In this document: positions 30,079 through 45,056 of the stretch, in pieces
How the letters are laid out: each line of letters opens with the position of its first letter
How positions within the stretch are numbered: the first letter of the stretch is position 1
DNA from: the human T2T-CHM13v2.0 reference genome, Homo sapiens
Assembly: GCF_009914755.1 (NCBI RefSeq)
Contig: NC_060928.1
Strand: one strand, 5' to 3'
DNA length: 64,000 nucleotides
Made by a program: the position numbers and the translations under genes
Notes under the pieces: model-generated
Told to the model about the DNA's origin: nothing
Database searches by the model: none
The model's input: only the letters and a program-made list of their open reading frames with translations

Positions 30079-31142
30079 CTTAAAAATAAAACCACAGACA
30101 GAAGAGAAAAAAAGAGAAATTCTTAGCCTTAGGCATCATATAAAGTGGCATTATTTAAAACATTTCCTAATTATTTTCTGCCAGCTAAGAAAAAAAACCT
30201 CAAAGAGCAAAAGCAATTAAAGTGTTTCATTTTTTACAAAGTTCCTTTCACGCCTAACAGGAGCACATAGATAGACTATGTCAGCGAATGGGTTTGGTGG
30301 TAGTGGTTTTGAGATTGTATAAATGGCACTTCCTAATACAGAACCTTAGCTGTATTAGAGCCCTAAATTTTTACTTATGTGCAGAGGCTCTCATTTCACA
30401 TTCAAAAGACTGAATGTGAGGGTGAGCTATTATTTGAAGTCTGTCACCTTTTTTCCAAAGGAAAATGTTTTAGGATCATTCTGAACATAGAAGGAAAACA
30501 TTTCAGTGATGGACTAATTTCATGCTGTGGTTGTCATTAAATCTCTTTCCAAGGCCAGTCATTAATTTTGTTAAAATAATTTTTTAAAAATAGTATCTTT
30601 AGGTTAAATACCAGCGGAACTGTCAGCCTGCAAGTCTCAGAGATGGATGCTTTGTGAAGTGCTACAAAAGGATGATCCTTCCCACATCCTCATGAATTTA
30701 CGTCACTTTTGTGGAAGAACAAGGCTCAAGACAGTCAATGCCAAAGATCATCCTGTCTCCAGGCTCTGCTGAACCTGCCGATCGGTGGGAAATGACGGGA
30801 GACAATGAGTCCACTGAGAGGTGATGGAGAATGGCAGGCACTGAGCTAAGATACCTTAAATGTGATGCTTCTCATGCTGACGGCCAACTGAAAACAATCT
30901 CATCATTACTTCTTATTATGATATACATTTTAATTTGTTTTTCTCCTCAATCTGGGTATAGCTGCTATGCAAATATGTCTTTTAAATGTTTGGATAGAGG
31001 CCACGCCCATGATGTTAAAAGTTAGCAATCAGTATTTATGTAACTTCGTAGGTCTTGTGAGAGGGCGCAAATCTGAATGCATACATCTTACTAATTAAGC
31101 TCATTGAAGACATGCAATAAACCACACTCAAGATGCAGTTAC

Positions 31143-31208
31143 CTTTAATTTTGGTGGATTGATCTCCTGTTGATAAGAATATTTAGGGAGGAGAGGAGGT
31201 GAGCAGGG
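31143..31208 (-). CDS. SORBS2: Candidate SORBS2 cassette exon, 66 nt, PCSPPLLPKYSYQQEINPPKLK; alternative in-frame acceptors give 24 or 186 nt
   Basis: Long pyrimidine tract, then ttctcag|CCC...AAG|gtaact, phase 0-0. TGCATG at 31111-31116 just downstream. Confidence 0.5.
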
Positions 31209-32027
31209 CTGAGAAAGTGTAGAGTCCAGGTCAGAAACAGAGGCGAAGAGAGAATGAAATGGAGGGGAGGAAAGCAGGTGGCTGGGAAAGGGTGTGGGTG
31301 CTTGCTCTCCCGAAGAAAATGACGGAGGCTTAAATATCGAGGAAAGACGAGAGGTGATTATGCTTGTCTCAGAATGAGGTTACATGCTCTTTACGGAATT
31401 TCCTCTCAACTTCCAACATTTTAAAGTTACTAATAACCTTGGGAAGTTATATTTATGACAAATTTTTTGCTTTGAAACCACTAACTTCCTCTTTTGAATT
31501 TGATTCAAAATCCCCAATGGTATGATCAGTTTAATTTTTCGCATGGGGGTGGCTGGAGATAGGAACACCTATATTCTATCATTTTCTCATATATTTATAT
31601 GATGGCTCCTTCTAAAAGTGAAGGAAAAAAGTATTTAAAACCCTGCAATGACTGTAACTTGCGTGTAAAGTAGGTTGCCAACTATAGTCAGCTGGGGAAG
31701 CCGTGGCCCCGCGTGCAGGGTGTGAGCTGGTGCTGGGATGAGCCGGCCTAGGGTACTGTCTGTGTCAGCAAAGCCACACATCTAATCACACCTTTAGGTT
31801 GATTGAATTGAAAGGAACATTAGTTACTGAAATAATTGATGTAGAGACACGTTTGGCTCCTTGCAATGAATTATCTATCTGTTATTAAATAAGGTGTTTG
31901 TTTTACACAAATGCAGGCCTGGCCGGGTTATTTTGAAATACAGGAACTATGAAAGAATTTGACTTGGATAGTAGCGTAATAGGAACCATCCTTTCTGTTA
32001 TTTCATAATTTCTATAATTGCCAGTAA

Positions 32028-32684
<657 letters not shown>

Positions 32685-33371
32685 TAAAGTTTCTGGATAT
32701 TTTCTGCCTTTGTTGATTAAAACCACTGTTCAAGATTCTTCATAACATGAAGATACAGTACCCAGTTCTTAAGTAGTCAATGTGAAGTCAACACAAAGAG
32801 AACGACCTCTTTAGAAAATCGAAAGGGGACAGAAGTGCTGTTTTTCTTTTCTGTTGTCTTTGTTTATTATTAGCATTATTATTTTTGCAAAGTGCCGTTA
32901 TGTCAAAGGTATGGTGTACAGTTTCTCATCCTGGAATAGGACAAATTTCTGGGCATCAACTTCCTCTTCTCTAAAGTGGGGATGATAATGTCACACACCT
33001 CACTGGGTTTTGACGATTAAAGATGTGGAGTTTTTAGAATAGTGTCTGATACTCAGTAAGAGCTCCACTATTAGCTATCATTGTTAATATTGGAAGATTA
33101 CAAAGACTATATCAATTACAAAGACTTTTACAATATAAGTTTATGGTCCTGAAGAAAAATGGGATAATGGAATTATATCACATATTTACATCATTTAATT
33201 AAATATGGTGTGTTTTCATATACCCACTCCACCCCCATCTTATATAGTATTTGTGTTTTTTGTTTAAAAAAATCTGTTAGTCAAAATAGGTATTTATTAA
33301 TATGATTAACTCTAATAGCTAATCATGGTAAGGCCGGTTAGTTCTTCCATAATCAGACAAAATTAAAATAC

Positions 33372-34136
33372 CTCATTACTGGGTTTTGCTGCATTGCTGT
33401 CCTCCTTGGGGGTCCTAGGATCTGTGGGGGTGGCTATGGGGTGTTTTAGGCAGTTGGGTTTCTCCTCCTCCTCCTCCTCTTCAATGTGCAGGTGTGGGGT
33501 GCCCTCTGACCCATCGTGGCCACACCACCAGGCGTCTCCTTCCTGAGGTTCTGGCGGCCCTCTCTGGATGCCTGACACAATCCCCTCATAGATGCCCTCA
33601 TCTTCCTCTCCAATGACCGGAAGGGGTACAGGCAAGGAACCCACGCTGGTGCACGCAGAGGCCACAAAATTATCCCCTAGGACTTCTGGTGCCTTTTTAG
33701 GGTCTGAGAAGCCCCTTCTCATTTTTCTCAACTCTGCAAAGTTGCTTTGAGTTGTCGTTCTGGGATCCTGAAGAGGCTCTGCATGGTAAGGCTGGGCTGC
33801 AGCCAAGGCCACACCCGCGTGAGTGGAAGGTGATTCGGCAGGTGCAGTCGCTGGGGACAATGGGAGGAGGACAGCAGGTTCCTCCTTAATTTCCAGGATG
33901 GCGTCCTCTAGGATGGTTGGTTTGGCTTGGTCAGCTGACAAGGTTAAAGCACCAAGCTTCTCCAATTCACCCAAGAAGTTGTCCAGGAAACGAGGTGGTG
34001 TTGGGGCCAAAGGGTTTGCTGGTAGACATGAGGCTGTCAGGGACAACCAGCCCTGGCCAGTTCCCCGGAGAGCTCCTTTATCTGAGCCAGGTGAGACTTT
34101 GTGGGTGGGAGGAGGGGCTGGTTCACTGGAAGCCAA
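33372..34136 (-). CDS. SORBS2: Probable SORBS2 alternative cassette exon, 765 nt / 255 aa, Pro/Glu-rich disordered insert between SH3-2 and SH3-3
   Basis: tttccaag|TTG GCT...AAT GAG|gtattt, phase 0-0, matching the flanking exons. GC-rich fully open frame within an AT-rich intron (ORF 33363..34151). Confidence 0.75.
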
Positions 34137-34458
34137 CTTGGAAATGAGCACGGATTATGAAGTTAAGAAAAAATAAACTAAGAAAATAATAATAATGCAT
34201 CAAAACATAGCGATGGAGAAATGCAGAAAAGATGCGGTGGTGAATATGAAAATAATTTTATGTTTAACATAGATTTGAAGACATTTAGAAGATATCTAGA
34301 TTTGAAGGTATTTTGCTGAAATTTAAATACATAAAATCATTTATGTTAATTAGAAAAGTTACTTCACAAATGAAACTCTACTAGTTTTGGAAGGGGTCTT
34401 AAATGTCAAACAAGATAAAGATGATATAGAGATTACCAGGACAGTAAAACCTTGAGAG

Positions 34459-34777
<319 letters not shown>

Positions 34778-37700
34778 CTTAAGAGATTTAATGCTTACTT
34801 ACTTTAAACTATGTTGAAAAGATATTACAGGTTTCCAGATACTGACTTAGTAGAGTATAAATGACTCCAGAGAAATGTTAATGTAGAATGAAAACTAATA
34901 GTGAAGTCATTTTATTTCCTGAATGTGTGTAGTGTTCTCTTGTCCTGCAGGATAGCCCAATCTTTTAAACGCTGACAATTTTCTCACTTATGTTTGCAAG
35001 GTGATTACAACATATGAATAAAGTATTTTAGATCATTATATGTTAACAAATTTCTAAGTGAATAAGTTCTGAAAACTATGTCTCAAAGACAGGAACCCAT
35101 GATCAGAATGAAGCTGAGCTTACATAACTACGGCTTCAAAGTTTTAAAAAATCCAAAGTAAATATTTACATAGAAAGCTCATTTGATGCTAATGGGAGGG
35201 AGGACTTCTGCTTCAGCTCCCGTTCTCTTTCAAAGCTTGACATTTATGTAAATCAGAGGAGGTATGAGTTATGAAGCTTAATCTTCTGAAGTAAAAATAT
35301 ACTTCTACATACGTAGTATTACTGATGTATTTTGGATATAGTAAATGAAACAATACATTTGAAATTTTATGCAAAGGTATTAAAAGTAGTTCTGATAAAT
35401 ATATACACCCCATATGTACCCATAAAAATTAGAAATTAAAAAATGTAGTTCCAGAAGTGCCACTTACTAACATTGGAATGCATTTATCTACCCTTACCGG
35501 ACTAGAGAAAATGCTACCTGCTATGTGCCTAAAAGCCTTGAGAAGGGACCTTTCACTTTAGGTCTCTCCAGGTAGATGTCTTTGATTTGGAAAGAAAAAA
35601 ATCTCCAAAAAGATTCTGGAGATACACTTTCCAGCTGATTGTTTAGGATAACACTTTACACAGGGAAGCAGCCCTCTTGCTCCTGGGGACTTAGTGTGTG
35701 TGAGTGGGTGATGCATTTCCTACTTAACTTTTGACTCCTGTGTCCTATAGTAGGAGTGGGGTATTAATTAGATTTATTTAGCTTTTTTTTTTTTAAGTCA
35801 TCTTATCGTGGGATGACATAAATATCACAAAACTCATGTGAGCGTCTTAATACAGGATTCAGGACCTGGGCTGCTTAGCTGCTGACACACAGTGAGACTG
35901 CACGTGTGGTTTGCGCCTAGGTAGACAGCCACTCCTGTTAAGTCCTGTAGATGCTGAGTTTTCAATGATATAAACCACTCAAGTCTCATTCAACAGTCTA
36001 CAGAAGTTCCCTTACTAGCTAGAGTTCTAGTTTATACCCCTTGTTACATAACACAGAAGTTTTCATAGTTAGATTTGGAAAGTCTGTGAAATATATAATA
36101 ATTTCAGACCATCAGGTTTCCACTTTCACTTTCTGTTATGCCAGGAATATTATGTAGATGAGAAAGAAAGATCTTGAATTCCCTTGTCATTACTGCCACC
36201 ATCACCATTGCTATCTGATGCTGCGACTACGCTGTGCCGTCACCACCACAGTCACCGAAATACATGTCAGCAGGTTAAACTGCTTAGCTTTATGATGGAC
36301 TTGCTTATACCGAAAGCCAAATGAAGCATCCTGGTATAACTAGATCACAAACCTATACCTATAATACAAAACCCATACAATTATTTTGTTTTCCAAAAGC
36401 ATCAGAATTGGATTCTAATGCACTAAAAGCAGAAATATCAGAAATAAAATCAACATACATTTTAGTCTCCCCTAAGACAAAGACAGTATGTCAAGAAATG
36501 TGATTTAAATGTGTCACCAGAGTGATTTATAAATTATTAATGAGTTCTCTGTTTGTTAATATCAGTTAGAAAATAGGTTCTGTAGCGTTTAGTATATTTT
36601 GGATGTCATCATTTAGAAATACATTATATTTATCTTTCTAAAAATGGTTGTCACTTCCGGGAAGTTTTCTTCATTAAGCCTGTGACATCACAGCATGGAT
36701 TACCAGTTGGGATAAAACCATTAAGTATTTCTTCCTAATTATGGACATAAGCTTCTCAACATATTTTTTCCCCAGCAGTGAGCAATAAAAAACTGGTTAT
36801 TAGTGAAATTTGTACATGCCTCTGTTTAAAATCTGGTATTACTTTAAAAACTTGAAAATATATTCAATTACAGTTAAATTGTATTCACATCAAAGATGAA
36901 AACATTGGGATCAAAAATATTATATTGCCATTAAATATTATATTAGGACATATGGAAGAATTTGTTAGATGTTTAATGAGCTTTTGTACATACATGCTTT
37001 TCTTCCTTACAACATTTTATTTGAAGGTACAGTTGCTTTGAAATTTCTGTGATAGTTCTTTAAAGATGACTGAATGGTGGATAAGACAAATATATGCATG
37101 AAGATTCTTATCTTTTCTCTTTATCAATAGAAAATACTGAAGGAAGGATGCTGATCTGTAAATGCTAAGGTCTGGTAATGAAGTAAATATACTTAAGAAG
37201 ATTCTGGAAAACTCTATAACCAATCAAGCAAACAAAATTGGATAGTACCAAACTCTTCCATATATTATCCATGAATACAGGGTTGAGGGTAATTATTTGC
37301 AACTGAAACTCAGTCTTCAAAGAGGGTCACAATAAATAAAATGCCAAGACTTCAGCCTTCTAAAAAAAAATGCCTCTCTTAAGATGGCAGATTCTTAGAT
37401 CATTTCCTCATATAAAATCCTTCTCAGGCTCATTTTCAAGAAGTAGTTTAGGTCACTGGGATGCTATCTTGAAACAGTTTTTTCATCGGAACATGAAGTG
37501 ACTTCACACTTTAGTAACATCTGATATGTTGATTTTATTTTACCAGCTCTCGATGGTTTAGCTTTTCATGTCCTAGCCTTGATCTCAATTAAAATAATTA
37601 ATAAATTAGGCAACTTAATACATTTTTTGAATGTTGAGAAGTACTTAAAACATTTTGGAAGTCATTGGCAATTTAAAGTTTTATTCCTAGAAGTTAATGA

Positions 37701-38566
37701 GAAAAAAGACCCTTACATGCCTTTCATAAAAAGAATATAATTCAGCAGAAAAATAAGAAAAAATTTCACATTGTGAGTACAGACAAATAGCCTTTTTACA
37801 TTCACCAATTAAAGAAGCAAAGCCTCTTTTAAATTACGTATTGAGAAAGATAATCATCTTTAGCCCGCTCAAGTGAAACAGTAGAACTGGCATATAACTG
37901 TCCTAAAACTGATAAAACAAACTTGAGGACTTATAATAACCGACAACATTTTCATTTAAACTAATAAACATCTTGACTTATAGACTCTAATTAAAAATTT
38001 TTGCTCTAGCTCCTTTTCCATATAAAAAACTTGTATAGATTTGTCAACCTAATAACCCGGTGTTCTTGTCATATACTATTTTGAGATATACATAGTATTT
38101 TGTGTTGTGTATATTTATATTTCAAATTATAAATCACAATTGTATATACGTGTATGAATATATGATTATATTTATTTATATGTAAAGATTATATTATATA
38201 CATAAAATTTACATATATAAAAATGAAGCTTTAGGAAAAAATTATTTCAGAAAACATTTATGTACACAGGAGTACAGATATATATCATACGAGACTTCAT
38301 GATACTCTCGTTTTCTCTTTCTCTTTCGATATTTTAACTTGAAAATGAAATGAGCAAAATTAATCATTAAATCTTTATGCCAGCACCTATTTGAGAAACA
38401 CTGACTTATATTTACTGATGTGGCACTCACACATGTAGAAACATAATATGTAAATCTCTTTCTCTGCAATAGATATGATATTCTAATCTAATATCCTAAA
38501 GTCACACACCGATTATCTTACTTGGAGCTTCCAATATTACATTAACATGATAGAGTATGTTCTTAC

Positions 38567-38767
38567 CTTATTTGAGCTCAAGCTGTGAATCCTATCACTA
38601 GAATAGCTGTGGGGTATTGGAGGGTCAGGGTAGTCCTCAGCACCTTTTGTGTTCTTCTTGACGACCTCCACATAGGAAACAGGGAAGATGCCTTGTCTGT
38701 TGGTTCCTGGGATTTTACCTTCATACCAGTTTTGATCAACTCTTTTAAGAAGAATAACTCTATCTCC
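38567..38767 (-). CDS. SORBS2: SORBS2 exon, 201 nt, SH3-2 core and linker ([17 protein letters not shown]...SLSSNK)
   Basis: ataacag|GGA...AAG|gtaaga, phase 0-0. Confidence 0.96.
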
Positions 38768-39259
38768 CTGTTATGAATATGAGAAAAATGCATTAGAAAC
38801 AGAGATAGAATAACATGAAAATATAATTGTCAATGTTTTCTATGAAAAAATAGGTTTCCATTTGGGCAGGTTTTATACCTTCAGTTTTTGTTTAATCAGG
38901 GGAGGGCAAGTAAGGTACTAGTGCTTACTAGAAAAATACACATGATCAACATATATGTAATTGAAATGTCCATTCAGGCCATTAGAATCTTCCCTAAGGA
39001 TGCCTGGTTAATGTGAACGGGTTTATACTTGTTTATGCTGGTATTGTGTGAAATTATTTGTCTAAGTTATTTCAAAAAGCAGAATAGTGTAAAAGGTAAT
39101 GTCTCAATGACAATAGGATTATTTTATCTCTGGCAGGTTCAGTGCATTGGCCTTCTGTAGGAAGAGCTTCAGAAAGTGCACCATAGCTTGCTGTGAGGGT
39201 CTGTCTGAAATGGGTTACAGAAAACACCTCTAGAAGGGAGAACATCGAATGGTACACCG

Positions 39260-39574
39260 TTTTCTTTTTTTATTTCTTTTTTTTTTTTTTTTGAGAGGGA
39301 ATCTCACTCTGTCACCCGGGCTGGAGTGCAGTGGTGTGATCATGGCTCACTGCAACCCGCACCTCCTGGGTTTAAGAATTCTCTTGCCTCAGCCTACCAA
39401 GTAGCTGGGATTACAGGCGCCCGCCACCAGGCCCGGCTAATTTTTTGTATTTTAGCAGAGATAGGGGTTTCACCATGTTGGTCAGGCTGATCTCCAACTC
39501 CTGACCTCAAGTGATCTGACCGCCTCGGCCTCCCAAAGTGCTGGGATTGCAGGCATGAGCCACTGTGCCCGGCC
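39260..39574 (-). mobile_element. Alu, full length
   Basis: Poly-T followed by Alu consensus. Confidence 0.94.
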
Positions 39575-40152
39575 CCTTTTCTTCTTTAATCTACATGCGC
39601 TAAGTAGTGACAGAGTGAACTAAAGGGATGGGGGAAAGAGAGCGCCCTAGAATATCAATAGCTGTGACAAGACTGGCATTCCCCTGGTCTTCACCCTGAC
39701 AATGGAAACCCAGCATCCATCTGAGTAGTTGGTGACCATTCCATACTTGTCATTAAAGATTTGAATAGAACCCTTGGCTTTCACAATGATAGAACTTTCT
39801 AGAATCACTTCCACCTGCCATGACCGAGCCAGTGCTGCAGAACTCAGTTTAAACTTTAACTCAAAACTACACGTAGCCTAGAAGTAGGCAGGCAAGTTGA
39901 TGCTACCGGGCAAAAACTGCAGCTGCATTCAGCAGGTGATACAGAAGCTCGGGCAGCGGCACCTGATGGTGTGATGGAGCTGAAACAGTCATTAATCTCA
40001 GCCCAACAGGGCACCCTTCTTCAGGTGCTACCCAAGAAGAACTTCGACCTTGAGTAGCACTTGGAAGTTCTCTTTGTGTTGAAACGCTGGATGGTTGATT
40101 TTGTGTGCTTCACCACCGCTGAGCAGAACATACTCAAGAAAAGTCAGTCTCA

Positions 40153-40491
<339 letters not shown>

Positions 40492-40933
40492 CTAGTATAC
40501 CAAGAACAGGTAGTTGCTAGGCTGTTGTGTGAGCTGTAAGAGGCATTGGTGAAGCCTTTCTGTAGAACATGGAACAGGAGACAGAGTTCATGTAATGCTC
40601 TGTGGTTCTCATGCTAGGTGGGGCAGCCCAGAGGATAGGAAAGAAGGAATCGGCTGATGATGCAGAATTAAGACTGATGGGAGAGAATGAGACAAGGTTC
40701 TGCCAGGACCAGAACAAACCAGGACTGTGGTATTGCTCTTCATCGCACCTGGCTAAGGATTTCACTAGTAGGTGTGGGAGGTCCTAGAGCCACTCTAAAT
40801 ATTACTACCTCGCCTGTGTTGTGTGCAGAGGCAGTTACCTCAAACAAATATATGTCATATTTAGAAAGCAATAAGAATAATTCATTTATCATTCTCAATT
40901 ATGTAAACTAGCAGGTTAAAAGAGGTTTTTGAT

Positions 40934-41040
40934 TGTTTTTTTGTGTTTTTTTTTTTTTTTTTTTTTGAGATGGAATCTCGCTCACCTGCCTTGGCCTCCC
41001 AAAGTGCTGGGATTACAGGCGTGAGCCACCATGCCCGGCC
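40934..41040 (-). mobile_element. Internally deleted Alu (both ends retained)
   Basis: Poly-T and gagatggaatctcgctc joined directly to acctgccttggcctcccaaagtgctggg...cccggcc. TSD gagg(t/c)ttttgat. Confidence 0.85.
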
Positions 41041-41614
41041 TCGAGGCTTTTGATATTATTAAGAAGAGATACTAGGATTGGATGGGCTGCTAGAGAAATT
41101 TGGGTCAATTATGAGGCCCAAAGAAGGATGATCCAGGGAAGAGCACTGCAGAGATGGCTCTTAAAGCGGCTCCCCCAAGAGGAAGGATCTTCTTTACCTA
41201 GGACCATTCCTAGATTCCAAGATAGAGGAAGATAAGGATTGGAATATCTTGTTTTTAAAAGACTGAAAAATAAGGCAGCAAAACAACATATTTTGAAGTG
41301 TATCAAACTGCTTTTTCCTTTTGTGCTCCCGAATGTATAAGTCCTTGATTTTCAGCCCCATGCCCGGCTTCCCAGACTAAGCCACAGAGGGAGAAGCCTG
41401 GTATCCTACGGGGAACTCCTCTAAAAGGACACAGGGACCAGCAGGGAACCGTGACTCTGGGCTGCCTTAAAGAGTCCTTTGTAGAAAATAGGGTAAACAT
41501 AAAAATGTCTAAAGAAAAAGATAACCTATTTTAGTTTTGAAAATATACAGCCTTTTCAAACCCACTGAAGAACAAACAAACAAAAACAAACAAACAAAAA
41601 ACCAGCTGGGCTAC

Positions 41615-41743
41615 CTTTCTCAGTGACAGCTCCACATTTGTGTCTGCGTTGAAGTTGTATTTGGCTATAGCTTCTCCGATTTCTCCGGGCTGGGCTGGCG
41701 GAGGTGGTCTTGCAGGCTGTGCTTTCTCAGGAGGTGTGAGTTT
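41615..41743 (-). CDS. SORBS2: SORBS2 exon, 129 nt, Pro-rich linker and start of SH3-2 ([16 protein letters not shown]...ELSLRK)
   Basis: ttcatag|AAA...AAG|gtagcc, phase 0-0. Follows an 85-nt intron. Confidence 0.95.
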
Positions 41744-41828
41744 CTATGAAGGAAATAGTCATTTATTCTCAAATCTGCGGTGACCTTTGAAACCACCGCC
41801 ATCCAAGAGAGAAAGGGAGAGGACCTAC

Positions 41829-41943
41829 CTCTACGTATGAGATCGGGAAGATGCCCACTCTCCCGTGGTGTTCTCCCTCATACCAATTTTGATCAATTTT
41901 CCTGAGGATGTAGACAGTATCTCCTTTCTTAAATGACAACTCC
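41829..41943 (-). CDS. SORBS2: SORBS2 exon, 115 nt, SH3-1 core (ELSFKKGD...GIFPISYVE)
   Basis: cttccag|G...GAG|gtaggt, phase 2-0. Contains SH3 WYEG and GIFP motifs. Confidence 0.96.
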
Positions 41944-43419
41944 CTGGAAGAGACACGTTGACATGGTCTTTTTGTGATGTACAGCAATAATTCTCAAGAT
42001 CAACACCCTCGCTAGATCTGCATTTGTTTGGCAAATATACTTACAATATTAAAAAATCCAATTGATATTGAGTCCGATTAGATAAGAATGATCCTTGCAA
42101 ATTCTTAGAATGCACTTAAAACATTATAACTTTAGAAATGATTTCAAACAGAGTAAGTATAAACATTCCATTGGATATAAATCACAGACAGATTAATAAG
42201 AAGTTTAAAGGAGGGGACAGACTCTTGCTACTTTACCATTAGTTCAGAGAAGAGGCATTTTGAAGCTTGGAAAAATGATGGAATAGTTCTGCACTGATTT
42301 TTTTTTTTTTTGTCCTGAAGCTAGTTGGCTAGTTAGTTACTAGCCCCCCAGCCCCTTTTGATGTACTGAAGCTTACATGAAGGAAAACAAATATCATGTA
42401 GCCTCAGAATAGAAGTGCCAACACCAGAACAAATTTTATTTGTGGATCTTTGAAGTTGGTTGACAGGTATTTTAATAGAATATCTTGATAAGGAATTTAT
42501 TTTGTGTAACAGAAAAGATCTTACACTTTTAATTTTCAGTGGGGCAAGAAGAATGTGTTTTAAGTGCAAAGACATATGCCAATGCTTGCCTTTCTATCTT
42601 TTATTTACAAAAAATAAAAATATTTTTAAGACACTATATTTTTCAATTTTGGCTGTTTCTAAGAAAATTGTAGGTATATTTGATTTGGGTATTTATAATT
42701 TTAAGTTATAATGACATTATGCATTTTGAATAATTCACACCTAAACTTATCACCTTCACTACATCAATTTTTCCTGGCTTAATCACCCAGGTGATTAGGT
42801 TGGTTCATTATTTTGCCTCCGCAATTATTCTTGGATGGAGGGCGATTAATTTGTATCTTCTCCCAAGAGCCTCATTTTGCAATACATCTGCCCTCCCACT
42901 CTGGAATCTTCTGCATTGTTTTGTTCAGAATTTTCATTTTTTAATCTTTTTTTAAAAAATTTTGGTTCAGAATTTTCAGTTGGATCATTTATTAGTATAG
43001 GCCGTTTGATGGAGAGAGATTTATACCTGATGGAGAACACTTCTCATTGATTAAAAGAATTAATCGAAAAAATGGTGGTATATTAAAAGAATGATCACAC
43101 ATTTAGAAGTGCTAAAATCTTCACAATTGAAAATGTGTTAAATTTTCAGTAACCCTAAAAACAAAGAAGATTCATGGAGCTTTACATTCAAATACAGTGC
43201 TTCCTTCTTTTGTGCAAATGCCTAATGTAAAAAACAGAAAACAAAGCAAAGCAAGATATTTAATGTTCACAACACAACAGTTTCATTTGTACTAGGTATG
43301 TTTTGTTTCTGGAAATGAGACTAGCTTTTTAAAATATAATATGAACATATGAATCAGAGGCAACCAATTTTTCAAAGCTATGAAAAAGACTCTTTTGTAT
43401 TTGTATAGGTTGCATTTAA

Positions 43420-43866
<447 letters not shown>

Positions 43867-44742
43867 TGAGCCTTGGGTGGACACCCTTCCTACTTCACAT
43901 CCCCTGCCATTCCTCAGGTTTTTATATATTTAAGAAAGCTATGGATTGATTTTTACAAAGAAGAAATGAAACGTGTGCTCCGTAACATTATTTTATAAAA
44001 CTGATATGCATTGTACAAATTGTCACACCATATCCACAGAACAGTAGTTAGGACCGGAGTGCAGTAGAAACAAAGCATCTTATTTCTCTAATTTGAAAAA
44101 AAAAGATGTAAGCTTTTCTTCAGGCCAGATTTAAGCCATGTTCAACATCTTAATTTCTAAACAGGATTTTTCTTATCTAGTTCATTTCCTATCTCAGCAG
44201 CATTACCAAATTCTGAGTGATTTATTTATATATGTCTTCTGCCAGAGACAGTTTCTAGAGCTATTAACTCATATTATATGCATTTTTATGAGTAAATTAT
44301 TTTGGTTATTATATATATATATTCAGTGTAAACAACATATAATAATTTAATGACAATTTACAATGAATTCAATATCTGTCTTGAATTCTACTGGAGACCA
44401 AAGTTTCTTAAAGGTCTGTGCACATAGGCCACAAAAAATCTGGGCAACACCCTCTTATATATAAGTCTGCTTATGTGCTTCCGCAACCACATGCCTATCT
44501 GCTGAGCAAAGAATAAAGGCAAAAGAAATATTGCAATTCAGGATGGTGAAAACACCGACACCAAAAGACCAAAGGAGAAAACTTTGCTCAGAATCTCTGA
44601 GCTTTGCAGGCTGAGGATGGAGACTTCAATACAGGAATCTTTGTACTAAGTTCTAGTCATCAACCCCACAAACTATGCTTGGAATATTTGGATAAATAAA
44701 TGTTATCAAATTCCCCCAGCTAGTGTTAATTACTCCCCAATA

Positions 44743-45056
44743 CTTTATTTATTTACTTATTCATTCTTTTTTTTGAGACAGGGTCCTGCTCTGTTGCCCA
44801 GGCTAGAGTGCAGTGGCGCAACCTCAGCTTATGGCAGCGTCTACCTCCCGGTGAAGCGATCCTTTTGCCTCAGCCTCCTGAGTAGCTGGGACTATACAGG
44901 TGTATGCCCCCATGCCTAGCTAATTTTTGTATTTTTTGTAGAGACATGGTTTTGCCATGTTGCCCAGGCTGGTTTTGAACTCCTGGGCTCAAGCCATCTG
45001 CCTGCCTTGGCCTCCCAAAGTGCTGGGATTACAGGCATGAGCCACTGTGCCTGGCC
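44743..45056 (-). mobile_element. Alu (AluJ-like)
   Basis: Alu consensus with TSD ccccaatactt. Confidence 0.92.

Noticed and set aside
35498-35501. 4-nt ag|TCCG|gtaagg microexon-like pattern
   Set aside because: Short pyrimidine tract and frameshifting. Expected by chance.
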